Shown in pieces: positions 17,451 through 26,962 of a stretch of 64,000 bases of DNA. The DNA is taken from IMG/VR virus record IMGVR_UViG_3300031552_000001, positions 64,001 through 128,000 of that record; one strand, given 5' to 3'. The translations under genes were made by a program, and so were the position numbers. Source of the DNA: a virus. The first letter of the stretch is position 1, and each line of letters opens with the position of its first letter. The notes beneath the pieces were generated by a model that was not told the DNA's origin, searched no databases, and saw only the letters and a program-made list of their open reading frames with translations.

Positions 17451-20400
17451 CTAATACGCCCAAGGGGTGTCAGAAGGCGGTTGACCGAATTCTTTTCCTA
17501 CAGCCATGCCGGGTATGGGGTGGGTACCGTGCAAAACAGACTTCCACCCTTTCGCTGCGGCATCCAGTATAGTGCTCTTCAAGCTCCTGCTTTGAAGTCT
17601 GGCAATCCAGTCAGTTTGTAGCTCCAACGGAAGCATGTTCACGCCCTGCAACACCGGCTTATACGTCACTTGTTTCTGCCCCGGCTTCAAGTTACGATTG
17701 AACGCCGCTATCTCCGAAGTAGCCGCATGATCTCCTCTAAGCAATGTGTCGTGATCTCCAGGGTCTACTACTTCGCTCAAATTAGTCATAGCCCTGACAA
17801 ACGTCTCCACATTACGTCTTCGAACAGGCCCCTCGTCTTTATATGCGTTCCAAATCTCGTCCGTTAGATACTGCTGCACAGTGTTTATATTAGTGCGCGC
17901 CAACATATCTCTTGGGTTTTTGGGGCCGTCAGAAAGAGCGTCCCCCGCCTTAACTTCTTGCCCCTTCTTTACGGATATTGACCTAGTTGCAGGCACATAG
18001 TGAGGCACGGCAGACTCTAAACTAGACGCCTTATTCGGAGACACCATGACTCTCCAGCCGCCTGCCGGGTCTTTCTCTATTTTCGACACTGACCCTTCTG
18101 TATCTGCTAAAGTAGCCGCCCCGGGAAGTTTTTTAGGCACGTTAAGCAACTGCTCCAGTCGATTAAATAGACTTGTAGCGCTAGTGCCTTTAGCTCCTAC
18201 AATTCCGCCGGTATGAAAAGAATTATGCGTGCGTATTTTATTAGCGCTAAACGCCCTACTTGCAGTAGACAAATCGTAAGTCCAACCGCTGTACTTTACT
18301 TCCCTTACAGACACCACTTTCGAATAATAAAGATCGGGATAAAGCTCTGGTCCCGCATATCTGCATAAAAAAGACCAAGCTTTTTTAAAAAGAGAAGTCA
18401 CTTTCTCAAAAACCCCAGGACTTTTAGAAGAAGACCACTCTCGAGTAATGCCTACGTATCTTCCATTGATTGCCCTTGTGTGAAAAGCAGCCTCTTGTTG
18501 TTCTTTATAAGCCTCTTTCGAAATCAGTGTGGTCCTTAAACACCCTGCGCAACTTACGAGCACCAAATCATACTTAGTGCTATTTCTATAGCCCCTAACA
18601 TCACGCACGGGTTCTGCGCATCCACAAAAACCACACTTGCCGGAGCCTGTTCTCGCCAACGTTGCGTGGTTGCCTTGCGCTATCAAGTAACTTCCGCTCT
18701 CCGTCCTCATTTCGTACATCGTATCGCAAGGCTCGTGCCTCTGTATTGTGTACACCGCGGTATATTCATACCCATCCCATACTTTTAGCCGCTCTGTAAC
18801 TTTTGTTTCCATCCCTCTATCTACAGAAACGTCGCTGTATACTTGATCCCAAAGAGATTTCAGAGTCAGTATAGATACCGCCCCGTCTGTAGTTTTTATG
18901 CGCACCTCAGAGTCTTCGGCTAAGCAGTTCATGGCTAACTGCGTTGCGGGCTCACCCAATGCCTGCGCAGCTATTACTCCGACGTTAGAGCCGGGAGAAT
19001 GTAGCTTTCCTTCTTCATTCAGACCGTAGCATTTGCTACATAAGCCCTTACCGTGAGCGCATTTTAGTGGAGATCTAACTTCCAGCTTAGTAATTTTGTT
19101 GTTTCTCAGCCGGCTCAGGAGATCGGGGGTCACTAAAGTACCTGCGGGCACTTTTCCTTTATCTATACCGGCCTTTACTCCCAAATCGATATCCTTAACA
19201 GTAAATCTGTCAAGAACGTCGTTGTTGTCTACGGGCAGAACCACGCCCTTAGTGGTGCCGCAATCATCATCCACTATCAGTTGATTCATAGCGGTATTCA
19301 CAAGATGTTTAGACATCTTACCGGGAGCCTGGGTACCCTGAACTCGGCCTATTGTGCCCATTCGAGCTCCGTGCATAGAGGCAAAGTAAGAGCCGATATC
19401 CAGCCCCTCTGAATAGGATTTAGGGATAGGGATCGGGACAGGTTCTCCCCTAGAATCGGCAACCAGCATAGGCGCCACAGTCATTTGCTTAAACTGAGAC
19501 CAACTGCCTCTAGCACCAGACTTCACCCAGTCGTACATTCTATTCTTGCTACGGTCTGCTCGTTTCTTGGCCACGCCGTGAATTTTATCTGCGGCAGAGG
19601 CATAAAGCTTTACGATCTCTTCCTTTCGTCTGATTGGACCATATGTCTTGGACCGTATTTTAGCTTCCTTGCCGGCAGCGTCTTTCAATACCTCATCTCG
19701 ATATTCACGGTCTGATAAGAAGTCATCTAGCCCAATAGACATCCCAGTAGCGTATTCGTTTCCGATATCCTTTAGCCGGTCAGCAACTACCCCAAAATCC
19801 TTCGGAGACTTCTTTGCAACTTCCGTAAGCAAAGAGTTCAAAGTCTTCTTATCGAGCATGAAAGAAGTGTCATTTAGTATCCTAGAGTCTCGAAGGTCTG
19901 TAGGTAAGGAGTGGTACAGCATAACTCTACCTACCGTAGTCTTTACGGGCCCTGCTGCTTTTTTGAACAGGGCGCCAAAGGGGTCTCCGTCCAACTCGTT
20001 TAGCTTAATAGGATCGGTAAGCCGAATACGGCCCTCCTTTACCGCTCTCGCGGCATCCGCCACAGAAGAGAAACGAACAGGATCCCTATCCTCTACTTCC
20101 GTAAGCTTATAAAGCCCCATCATTGATTCTTGAGTAGGCTTAGACATAAGGTAGCCGGTAGTAGGGCTAAACAAATTAAAGGAAGGCAGCATCTTTATCG
20201 CTTCCTTCACAGCCTTCTGACTCACAGGTACGAAAGCGCTCATTTTGTCACCGTCGAAGTCAGCGTTGAAACCCGAAGTGACTAACGGGTGGACTTGAAC
20301 AGCCTTTCCTTCAATAAGCCTAGGTCTAAATGCTTGTACTCCAAACTTATGTAAAACAGGGTCTCTCTTAATAATGATAGGACGTTCATCTACCACAACC

Positions 20401-23400
20401 TGCAAGGCATCCGCTGCCGCGGGATGGTTTTTCTTTACCATGTCTTGTGCATCCAGAGGCTTGTGCCCTAACTGCACTAAACGACGTATTACAAAAGGCT
20501 TATATAGCTCCGCCGCTGCTTTTCTTGGTAACCCTACTTCATCTAAACTAAGAGAAGGCTCAGGGGTGATAACTCCCCGCATAGACAGGTCTTGTCGCCT
20601 TCCTATGATTTTATCTTGGAAAAAACCCTCCTTAGGCTGCCCACCTTTCTCGCCAGACCCGGAGATAGTTTGCATTATAGCGTTTCTATGCTTGCCTTGA
20701 TGAACCCCTCCCGTAAGCATTACAGCTTTTAACCCGTCGTATAGAGCAGACTGAAGCTCTACTTTTTCTTCTGGGGGAAGTGCAGAATCGAACCCTTTCA
20801 GCTTCGAATTTACATGTCCTATGTGATTGTAAAGGCGGTTCACGTCATCGTACCGAATCACGCCATTATCCATAACTATGATAGGTCTGAAAACCGGAGG
20901 CAGCACCGGCAGATGCTTCATTGTGTACGCTTCAGAAGGGGACAAACCGGCCCTATCCAGGGCTCTTAGGTATTTAAGTTTTTTGTTGGCATCATTAAGC
21001 TTCGAAGCTCTAAGAGTAGGTAAACGATCTTCTATGTCTTTCTTCATCTTTTTTAGGTCTAGTGCTTTAACAGCGGCTACTATCGCTTGAGGGCCTGTCA
21101 TACCGTTTAGGCGCTCCCCTCCTGTAACTATGCGATTAAAGCTATTTTGGTTTAGACCAAGCAGAGAAGATATGGGCCCCTCAAATACAGGATTCGGCAT
21201 TCTTTCCGGAAGAGGAACATGCGACCATTTCGTACCGCGTACGCCGCCCGTAACTTTTGGATCAAATATACCTCCCACTTCCTCACGAGCATCCTTAGCC
21301 CACAACGCTCTACCCGCGTCAGCTAAGGCCCCATTGCTCATTTCTAAGACTTTTTTGTCGGTAAGGGGCTGTAGTATTAGGTTGTTACCCTCTTTGCTGA
21401 TATCTAGCCCCATTCCCTTGAGGTATCCTTCGAACTTTTTGAACACGAACGGCACTTTTGGGGTAGGCACTGAATCGCCTGCCTGTAGCTGAGTCCAAAA
21501 CTCATCGTTGAAATCCGACTTCAAGGTCTGCATTTCTCTGATGTTTTCTCTAGCGTTATGGGCCAGTAGGGCATACAGCCCCATTGCGTCCATAGTCTGT
21601 CCGCCTTTAGGTCCCCCACCGGAAGGAAGTAGGTTAGAGTCATACGCATCTCTAGATCGTACAGACAGCCCCTTATCGGCCGTATGGTGAAGCTTCAAAA
21701 TATATTGTGGGCCAGTAAGTACGTCAGGGAATTTTCTTCCCGTCTCGGGGTCATAGAGGTCCTCGGTGTCGCTCACGCCGTTCTTTTTCAGCTCATCTCT
21801 AAGATGGCGAGTGTAGTCTGTAATTTTCGGATCAAAATTATTGACGACGTAAGGCTTACCTTTTTTCTCAGCAAGCTTTGCAGCAGCAGTCTCCAACACT
21901 TGCCCCAAATTTATCCGGGTCGGGACCCCAGTCTGGTTTAGAAGCACCTCTACCGGCTTGCCTTCTTTTGTCTTAGGCATCTCGCTGTCTGGAATTACTC
22001 GAGTAACCACTCCCTTATTTCCATGACGACCAACTATCTTATCTCCCACGTCTGCGGGAACCTCGGCCCTAACATAGACGGTAGTGTTTTTTCCGTGTTT
22101 TGCTACCCTAGTGACTGTCCCGGGAACATCTTTGGTCCATCTAATCTCTCTAGGCTTCCACGGTCTAATAAGGCCTTTCGAAAATAGACCTAATTTCTGT
22201 TCGTCAGGAGTTACGTTTTCCTCCTTCAACACTCCAAATAGGATATCGTCTTTGTTTACAGTTTGTCCCTCTCTTATAATGGCGTCCTCATCCAGCTTAT
22301 CTGATTGCTCTTTCGTAACCTTACCGGCCATATAAGACATGAATTTCTTTTTATCTAACTGGATACTTTTTTCGGCCGTAACTTTTTCTCTAAATAAATG
22401 TTCGCTGTTTCCGCACCATCTAGGCTTCCCGTTCCTACGAACGTAAACGACTCCAGAGGGCACTGACACGCACCACACTTTAATAGGCTCTTTAAGTTTT
22501 GTAAGCTTGAGTTTAGAAAAATCAGAGGCATTAAGGTGAGGCGAGTGTTCCTCTCCAAGTATTGATACTCGGTAGGAATCTACCGTAGCGGTTACTACTT
22601 CTCCAGTAGACTTTGTAGAGGAATAGCCTGCTTTGCAGTGAATGGACCAATTAGCAGAGTACCCGCAGTGTAACGCTAACCGCTGCACATCGTCTCGTAG
22701 TCGAACACTAGAGGTAAAATATGACCCCTTCTTTTGCATAGAAAGTCCGCCGTCCCCTAAAAGCAGACCTTCCAAAAGTATGCGCGACTGCCTTTGGCTC
22801 AAAGACCAAACCCATTCTGGTAGGTACTTATCTACGGCTTTACCAAACTGACTAAGATAAGACGCCGCTTGCTTGCTAGACCAAAGCCAACGATCGCAGC
22901 TAGCCAAAGTCCCAAACCCTAACCGGGACGAAAGCTCTTTCAGAACTTTTTTTACTCTAGGCTTAAACTGCCGTATCGAGACCTTCGGGGACTTTTCGTT
23001 GCCCCCTCCTTTATAATCGCAGTGACCCTCTGCAATATACAACCCGAACAACAGGCACCAGTCGTCCATGTTTATAGAAAGTGGAGAGATTTCACGAGAA
23101 TTATATTCAGGACCATGGGGGTTACATTTTCTTATCGACGGCAACCTAAAGACATCTTGATCTGGGCCCGCATTCTCTGCTGTGCGAAGTAGTCTAACTC
23201 TTTTATTTAATAAAAGACTAGCTTCTACTTTTTCGAACACCTTCTTCTTAGACGGACTGACGTACAGTTTATGAGTAGGCGTAACGCAAATATCAAATTG
23301 ACGAGAGGAAGCCATCGCCATTGTGTCTGACAATCCATCATGAAACTCTATTATGCTTTGGTAAGACAGTTTTCCATCTTGAAGAGAAGCCACAAGGTCG

Positions 23401-25421
23401 GATTTTCTCAACTGATCCCTTGTTAACCACCCTCTGTTACTAAGAATCTCTGTACGGGCATCAAAACAGGTAAGTTTTTTAGCGGCCGTCTCAGACACCA
23501 CCACCCCGTCTTCGAAGTTCAACCCCTTCCACGGCATATAAGCCACTCTAAGATTCGTGCCCAGCGCCAGGGTGCCGTTCTTAGTAAAATTGATGTCAGC
23601 AACCACCTGCCCAGATGATACGTTGTCACCTACTTTAACCAAGGGGGTGCTGCTAAGAACACTTTTGTCGTCATTTAGAGGATAGTCATCGTACAGTTGA
23701 ACTTCTTTTTTCGACCCGTCTTTTGCCTTAACGATTATTGCATCTTTTTTAATCGACTCTACAACTCCATTAATGGGCGAGACGTGGCTTACAAAAGCAC
23801 CTAAACCCTGCTCAAAAGTGCGAGAGGGGCTATCACTTCTTGTCTGCACAAGAGGCTCCTCTCTGTCCTTTAGAGACACCGCCTGCTCTAATTGCCGAGA
23901 GGCGACCATAGTTCTATTGCCTTGGTTGTTTTGCAAAAACGGAATGATGTTTGCGGACAAGTCGAACATGCCTTTACTTGAAGCCAGTACGTAGTCTACG
24001 TCCTTTGGCTTCAGTACAGTCACCGTACCCTCCGAATCGGACACCTTCACAGAGTCCTTAACCGGCACGGGCTTACCCGCCTTCCATTCATATTGATCGG
24101 GGAATGCTAAATTAGACTTGAGAGCCTGATAGGGGTTTATGAACTCCCTTTTTCCAGTCTTCACGTTGAACACCGGAATTTTTAAGTCCTGGCCGTCCTT
24201 CACCACATGGGAAGCAAGCTGAAGTGTGACGCCGATGCGATCCGATTCTGGCGTATGGATTGGGTCCAAGAACCCTAAATGACTGGGGTTAATGGACTGA
24301 GCTTCTAGAGAAACCTCGTGGGTGGATTTGATCCCTCCCTCACCTGGAGCAAAAAGAGTAGTTCTACGATTACCTGAAATAAAACTTATAGGGTTGGTTT
24401 GAGTCGGTCTTTCAGACAGCACGGAACTTACAAAGAACTTGCGCAGGGGCTTACCAAAAACGTCGGGGTTGATAATGTCCCTAACTCGATCGTGCTTGTC
24501 TAACGTATTCCCTATCTTTCTTTTTACCCCTTTTTCTACCTGCCATTTCTCTAAACGCTCATTTATAAGGTCTTCCGCTGAGTAAAGATCCTTGAAGGAC
24601 AAGGAGTCTCTATCATCAGGCTCAACTTTTTGTTGAGACACCTGTAAGATTTTTTTGGAGCCCGCCAATAAAGACGCACCGTTGACTTTATCGTAGGGCT
24701 TCCCCAGTGTTAATTGGGTTGAGTCCGGGCGAAGCACCGTCTTATCAAACTCGCCTATAACTAACTTCTTAGCTTCTTCTACCGTTTCTGGATTAGAGCC
24801 TCTAACCGCTCTATAGAACTTTCTGAGAGCGTTCTCAGCATTTGTGCTCTTGTTAGCGCTCAGAATATCCTTTCCCCATGTTCTTTCTATGGAGTCGTCA
24901 TCTACCCCCATCGTCTTCAGAATAGGGTAAAGAGGTATTTGGGCCTCTCCATAGCGAAGGGTCATTTTTTGAGTTTTCGGACTGAAATCCATATCAAACG
25001 CCTTGCCCTTGGCTAGATTCCACTGAGAGGTGAGTTCTCCATTTCTTCGAATTCTGGTATAAACCCCCGACTTCATTCGAAATAGGTTATTTACCTGCCA
25101 CTCACTGCCATTGACGATATAGCTATAACGGCGAGTTATTTTTGGTAATTGAGCGACATTGACCACCTGTTTATCAACCACCTTACCTGTACTTTTATCC
25201 TTAAGCTCGAGTTCCGCGCGTATCGGAACAGTCCAGCTTCTGCCTTTTATTCTTGCGTCCTTTTGCTCTCGTATGTCGTCTATGTCCTTGTCGTCATCTA
25301 CCCACACCTTCTTTGCTACAAGAGTGTGCTGTTTTCCCTCGATAGGGAAATAATTCTGGATAGTACGAGCCGTTCTTTTTTTGAGACTCTCGAAAGCCTC
25401 TTCAGGAGAATAGTGCGCCAT
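17451..25421 (-). CDS. rpoBC: Single-chain DNA-directed RNA polymerase (beta-beta' fusion) with two inteins
   Basis: Beta motifs: NFEDG, GDKIVGRHGNKGVV, PTRINLGQVLE, KLHH. Beta' motifs: KIIGRRQD, RDPVLH, FNADFDGDKM (~20247-20267), GEPATQL, CGT...C.HGKGLCSKCYG. There is no stop codon at the beta/beta' junction (~21390). Confidence 0.95.
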   Translation of the reverse strand: MAHYSPEEAFESLKKRTARTIQNYFPIEGKQHTLVAKKVWVDDDKDIDDIREQKDARIKGRSWTVPIRAELELKDKSTGKVVDKQVVNVAQLPKITRRYSYIVNGSEWQVNNLFRMKSGVYTRIRRNGELTSQWNLAKGKAFDMDFSPKTQKMTLRYGEAQIPLYPILKTMGVDDDSIERTWGKDILSANKSTNAENALRKFYRAVRGSNPETVEEAKKLVIGEFDKTVLRPDSTQLTLGKPYDKVNGASLLAGSKKILQVSQQKVEPDDRDSLSFKDLYSAEDLINERLEKWQVEKGVKRKIGNTLDKHDRVRDIINPDVFGKPLRKFFVSSVLSERPTQTNPISFISGNRRTTLFAPGEGGIKSTHEVSLEAQSINPSHLGFLDPIHTPESDRIGVTLQLASHVVKDGQDLKIPVFNVKTGKREFINPYQALKSNLAFPDQYEWKAGKPVPVKDSVKVSDSEGTVTVLKPKDVDYVLASSKGMFDLSANIIPFLQNNQGNRTMVASRQLEQAVSLKDREEPLVQTRSDSPSRTFEQGLGAFVSHVSPINGVVESIKKDAIIVKAKDGSKKEVQLYDDYPLNDDKSVLSSTPLVKVGDNVSSGQVVADINFTKNGTLALGTNLRVAYMPWKGLNFEDGVVVSETAAKKLTCFDARTEILSNRGWLTRDQLRKSDLVASLQDGKLSYQSIIEFHDGLSDTMAMASSRQFDICVTPTHKLYVSPSKKKVFEKVEASLLLNKRVRLLRTAENAGPDQDVFRLPSIRKCNPHGPEYNSREISPLSINMDDWCLLFGLYIAEGHCDYKGGGNEKSPKVSIRQFKPRVKKVLKELSSRLGFGTLASCDRWLWSSKQAASYLSQFGKAVDKYLPEWVWSLSQRQSRILLEGLLLGDGGLSMQKKGSYFTSSVRLRDDVQRLALHCGYSANWSIHCKAGYSSTKSTGEVVTATVDSYRVSILGEEHSPHLNASDFSKLKLTKLKEPIKVWCVSVPSGVVYVRRNGKPRWCGNSEHLFREKVTAEKSIQLDKKKFMSYMAGKVTKEQSDKLDEDAIIREGQTVNKDDILFGVLKEENVTPDEQKLGLFSKGLIRPWKPREIRWTKDVPGTVTRVAKHGKNTTVYVRAEVPADVGDKIVGRHGNKGVVTRVIPDSEMPKTKEGKPVEVLLNQTGVPTRINLGQVLETAAAKLAEKKGKPYVVNNFDPKITDYTRHLRDELKKNGVSDTEDLYDPETGRKFPDVLTGPQYILKLHHTADKGLSVRSRDAYDSNLLPSGGGPKGGQTMDAMGLYALLAHNARENIREMQTLKSDFNDEFWTQLQAGDSVPTPKVPFVFKKFEGYLKGMGLDISKEGNNLILQPLTDKKVLEMSNGALADAGRALWAKDAREEVGGIFDPKVTGGVRGTKWSHVPLPERMPNPVFEGPISSLLGLNQNSFNRIVTGGERLNGMTGPQAIVAAVKALDLKKMKKDIEDRLPTLRASKLNDANKKLKYLRALDRAGLSPSEAYTMKHLPVLPPVFRPIIVMDNGVIRYDDVNRLYNHIGHVNSKLKGFDSALPPEEKVELQSALYDGLKAVMLTGGVHQGKHRNAIMQTISGSGEKGGQPKEGFFQDKIIGRRQDLSMRGVITPEPSLSLDEVGLPRKAAAELYKPFVIRRLVQLGHKPLDAQDMVKKNHPAAADALQVVVDERPIIIKRDPVLHKFGVQAFRPRLIEGKAVQVHPLVTSGFNADFDGDKMSAFVPVSQKAVKEAIKMLPSFNLFSPTTGYLMSKPTQESMMGLYKLTEVEDRDPVRFSSVADAARAVKEGRIRLTDPIKLNELDGDPFGALFKKAAGPVKTTVGRVMLYHSLPTDLRDSRILNDTSFMLDKKTLNSLLTEVAKKSPKDFGVVADRLKDIGNEYATGMSIGLDDFLSDREYRDEVLKDAAGKEAKIRSKTYGPIRRKEEIVKLYASAADKIHGVAKKRADRSKNRMYDWVKSGARGSWSQFKQMTVAPMLVADSRGEPVPIPIPKSYSEGLDIGSYFASMHGARMGTIGRVQGTQAPGKMSKHLVNTAMNQLIVDDDCGTTKGVVLPVDNNDVLDRFTVKDIDLGVKAGIDKGKVPAGTLVTPDLLSRLRNNKITKLEVRSPLKCAHGKGLCSKCYGLNEEGKLHSPGSNVGVIAAQALGEPATQLAMNCLAEDSEVRIKTTDGAVSILTLKSLWDQVYSDVSVDRGMETKVTERLKVWDGYEYTAVYTIQRHEPCDTMYEMRTESGSYLIAQGNHATLARTGSGKCGFCGCAEPVRDVRGYRNSTKYDLVLVSCAGCLRTTLISKEAYKEQQEAAFHTRAINGRYVGITREWSSSKSPGVFEKVTSLFKKAWSFLCRYAGPELYPDLYYSKVVSVREVKYSGWTYDLSTASRAFSANKIRTHNSFHTGGIVGAKGTSATSLFNRLEQLLNVPKKLPGAATLADTEGSVSKIEKDPAGGWRVMVSPNKASSLESAVPHYVPATRSISVKKGQEVKAGDALSDGPKNPRDMLARTNINTVQQYLTDEIWNAYKDEGPVRRRNVETFVRAMTNLSEVVDPGDHDTLLRGDHAATSEIAAFNRNLKPGQKQVTYKPVLQGVNMLPLELQTDWIARLQSRSLKSTILDAAAKGWKSVLHGTHPIPGMAVGKEFGQPPSDTPWAY
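18222..18926 (-). mobile_element. Mini-intein B in the RNAP beta' trigger loop (235 aa, no LAGLIDADG, Zn-ribbon insert)
   Basis: TQLAMN|CLAEDS...IRTHN|SFHTGG; internal CGFC...CAGC. Confidence 0.88.
22407..23468 (-). mobile_element. Intein A in the RNAP beta part (354 aa, LAGLIDADG, ends CGN)
   Basis: KKLT|CFDART...RWCGN|SEH; motifs LFGLYIAEGH and LLEGLLLGDGG. Confidence 0.9.
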
Positions 25422-25508
25422 TTGTGCTCCCGCGCTGTCTTTAGCGATGCCTAACCGCCTGAGCGCTTCAGCATCCTACACCAGTAAAAGAGGTTCCAGC
25501 AACAACCC

Positions 25509-25751
25509 TTGGTGAGAATAAGCGAGCTACTTCGACATAAGAAGAGTGAAGAGGCAATAGTGCCCTTACGTACGGAGACTGAAAAAATGGAAGAAAAATC
25601 GTCGTGCGAGATGTTTAAACAAGATTTGGATTCGATGGTGGGGGGTACGTTTCCAACAGACACTACGTCTGACTCTACAGAAGACAGTAACCAAAACCCC
25701 GAAACTGAACCCACAAACGAGAGCAGTAACGAAAAGACAGTAAATGATTAA
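25509..25751 (+). CDS. Small acidic hypothetical protein
   Basis: 80 aa, start uncertain, low-complexity acidic tail. Confidence 0.4.
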   Translation: MVRISELLRHKKSEEAIVPLRTETEKMEEKSSCEMFKQDLDSMVGGTFPTDTTSDSTEDSNQNPETEPTNESSNEKTVND

Positions 25752-25798
25752 GCTGTTTCTGCTTGGCTTACTCGCAGGCTTAATGTGGAGAATTTCCT

Positions 25799-26365
25799 AT
25801 GAACTCAAAAAAGCCCTTCATTCGTCCATCGATCAAGACGGAGAATAGCTCATCAGAAATACCACGAAGGGCCGCACCAAAAACTACAAAATCGATAAAT
25901 CTCGGCCCGTGCCTCCTATGTGGGGGCCTAGTTACAGGGCCAACTGCTATTCGACTAAAGCACGGCTGCGTATCAAATCGAAGAGGGATAGAATTCCTGC
26001 CACTACCATTTGACGACCAAACAATGGTTAAGTGGCTCTGTATCGGGTGCGCTCTGGATAACAACGTTGTCTCTGACGATGTTAGCGGGTTCTCTACCCT
26101 GTTAAACGGCCTAAAAAGCGACGGCCAGTGTTGCCTGTGTGGGCAAGTTATCGAACCCTACCCCCTAAAGGAGTGGTCTAGCGCAATACTGATAGAATTC
26201 GGAATGGCGGTTCAAAGTAATAAAGGGCCCTTTCATATTTTCCACCCCAGCAAGTCGGGCCATCTTCACTACTTCTGCCTGGATGACTTAAACCTGGAAC
26301 TGTGGAGGATAATAGAGAGAACAGACGAGCCTGATTACCAAAGGTATCTGCCGACATGCATATAG
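25799..26365 (+). CDS. Cys-rich hypothetical protein (two CxxC...H/C clusters)
   Basis: CLLC...HGC...CIGC and CCLC...HLHYFC, suggesting an internal duplication. Confidence 0.65.
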   Translation: MNSKKPFIRPSIKTENSSSEIPRRAAPKTTKSINLGPCLLCGGLVTGPTAIRLKHGCVSNRRGIEFLPLPFDDQTMVKWLCIGCALDNNVVSDDVSGFSTLLNGLKSDGQCCLCGQVIEPYPLKEWSSAILIEFGMAVQSNKGPFHIFHPSKSGHLHYFCLDDLNLELWRIIERTDEPDYQRYLPTCI

Positions 26366-26610
26366 GAAAATCCAAAGTGGTGCTGTGTGACCATTGCGGA
26401 AAGGCACTTACAGAGGAGGAAGCTGATAGTAGCACTCGCAACGGAAAGGTGCGCCACTTCTGCCGCGGTAATTGTATGAATGAATACTACCTCGAACAGC
26501 TAGGCAGTGAAGCTGAAAGACGCACCTACGAAAAGTACAGACACGAATACAACCTCATCTACAAGATGGTGTGCCCCGCCTGCAAATGGCGCTTAAAGAG
26601 ACTGCTATGA
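26356..26610 (+). CDS. Small zinc-finger protein (TRASH/YHS-like)
   Basis: CDHCG...HFCRGNC, then CPAC. Confidence 0.6.
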   Translation: MHIGKSKVVLCDHCGKALTEEEADSSTRNGKVRHFCRGNCMNEYYLEQLGSEAERRTYEKYRHEYNLIYKMVCPACKWRLKRLL

Positions 26611-26655
26611 TCCACCAAACGAGACTTCTATTTACAGCAAAGGAAGGATATTGCC

Positions 26656-26922
26656 ATGGTAGAGAAGATCTTAAATGCCCTCTTGGCCACAAGAAGAAGG
26701 GAACCTCAAACATTTGCCAGAATAATGAATTTCCTCGGCAAAGGAAGAGCGCCAATCGAATTTGATGCACCCGACATAGCAAGGCTTCCGTGGAAGGAAA
26801 CGTCTACTGGAAAATTTATCGTCCTCGTGAAAAACAAAAAGGTCGTCATGGCCTTAGGATGCCCGGAAGGAAAAAAGCCTTACGTTACGACGGTAGAATG
26901 CACAAACATCGTACCTCAATAA
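26656..26922 (+). CDS. Hypothetical protein
   Basis: AAGGAAGG upstream; the gene ends just before a terminator. Confidence 0.6.
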   Translation: MVEKILNALLATRRREPQTFARIMNFLGKGRAPIEFDAPDIARLPWKETSTGKFIVLVKNKKVVMALGCPEGKKPYVTTVECTNIVPQ

Positions 26923-26932
26923 CATCAAACAG

Positions 26933-26956
26933 GAAAAAGCCTCTCGGGGCTTTTTC
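26933..26956. terminator. Bidirectional intrinsic terminator
   Basis: GAAAAAGCC-TCTCGG-GGCTTTTTC between convergent genes. Confidence 0.8.
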
Positions 26957-26962
26957 TTAGCC

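Noticed and set aside
26607-26765. Cys/His-containing 52 aa ORF coupled to 26356-26610 by ATGA
   Set aside because: Overlaps 26656-26922, which has a stronger ribosome-binding site, by 110 nt; cannot be supported without homologues.
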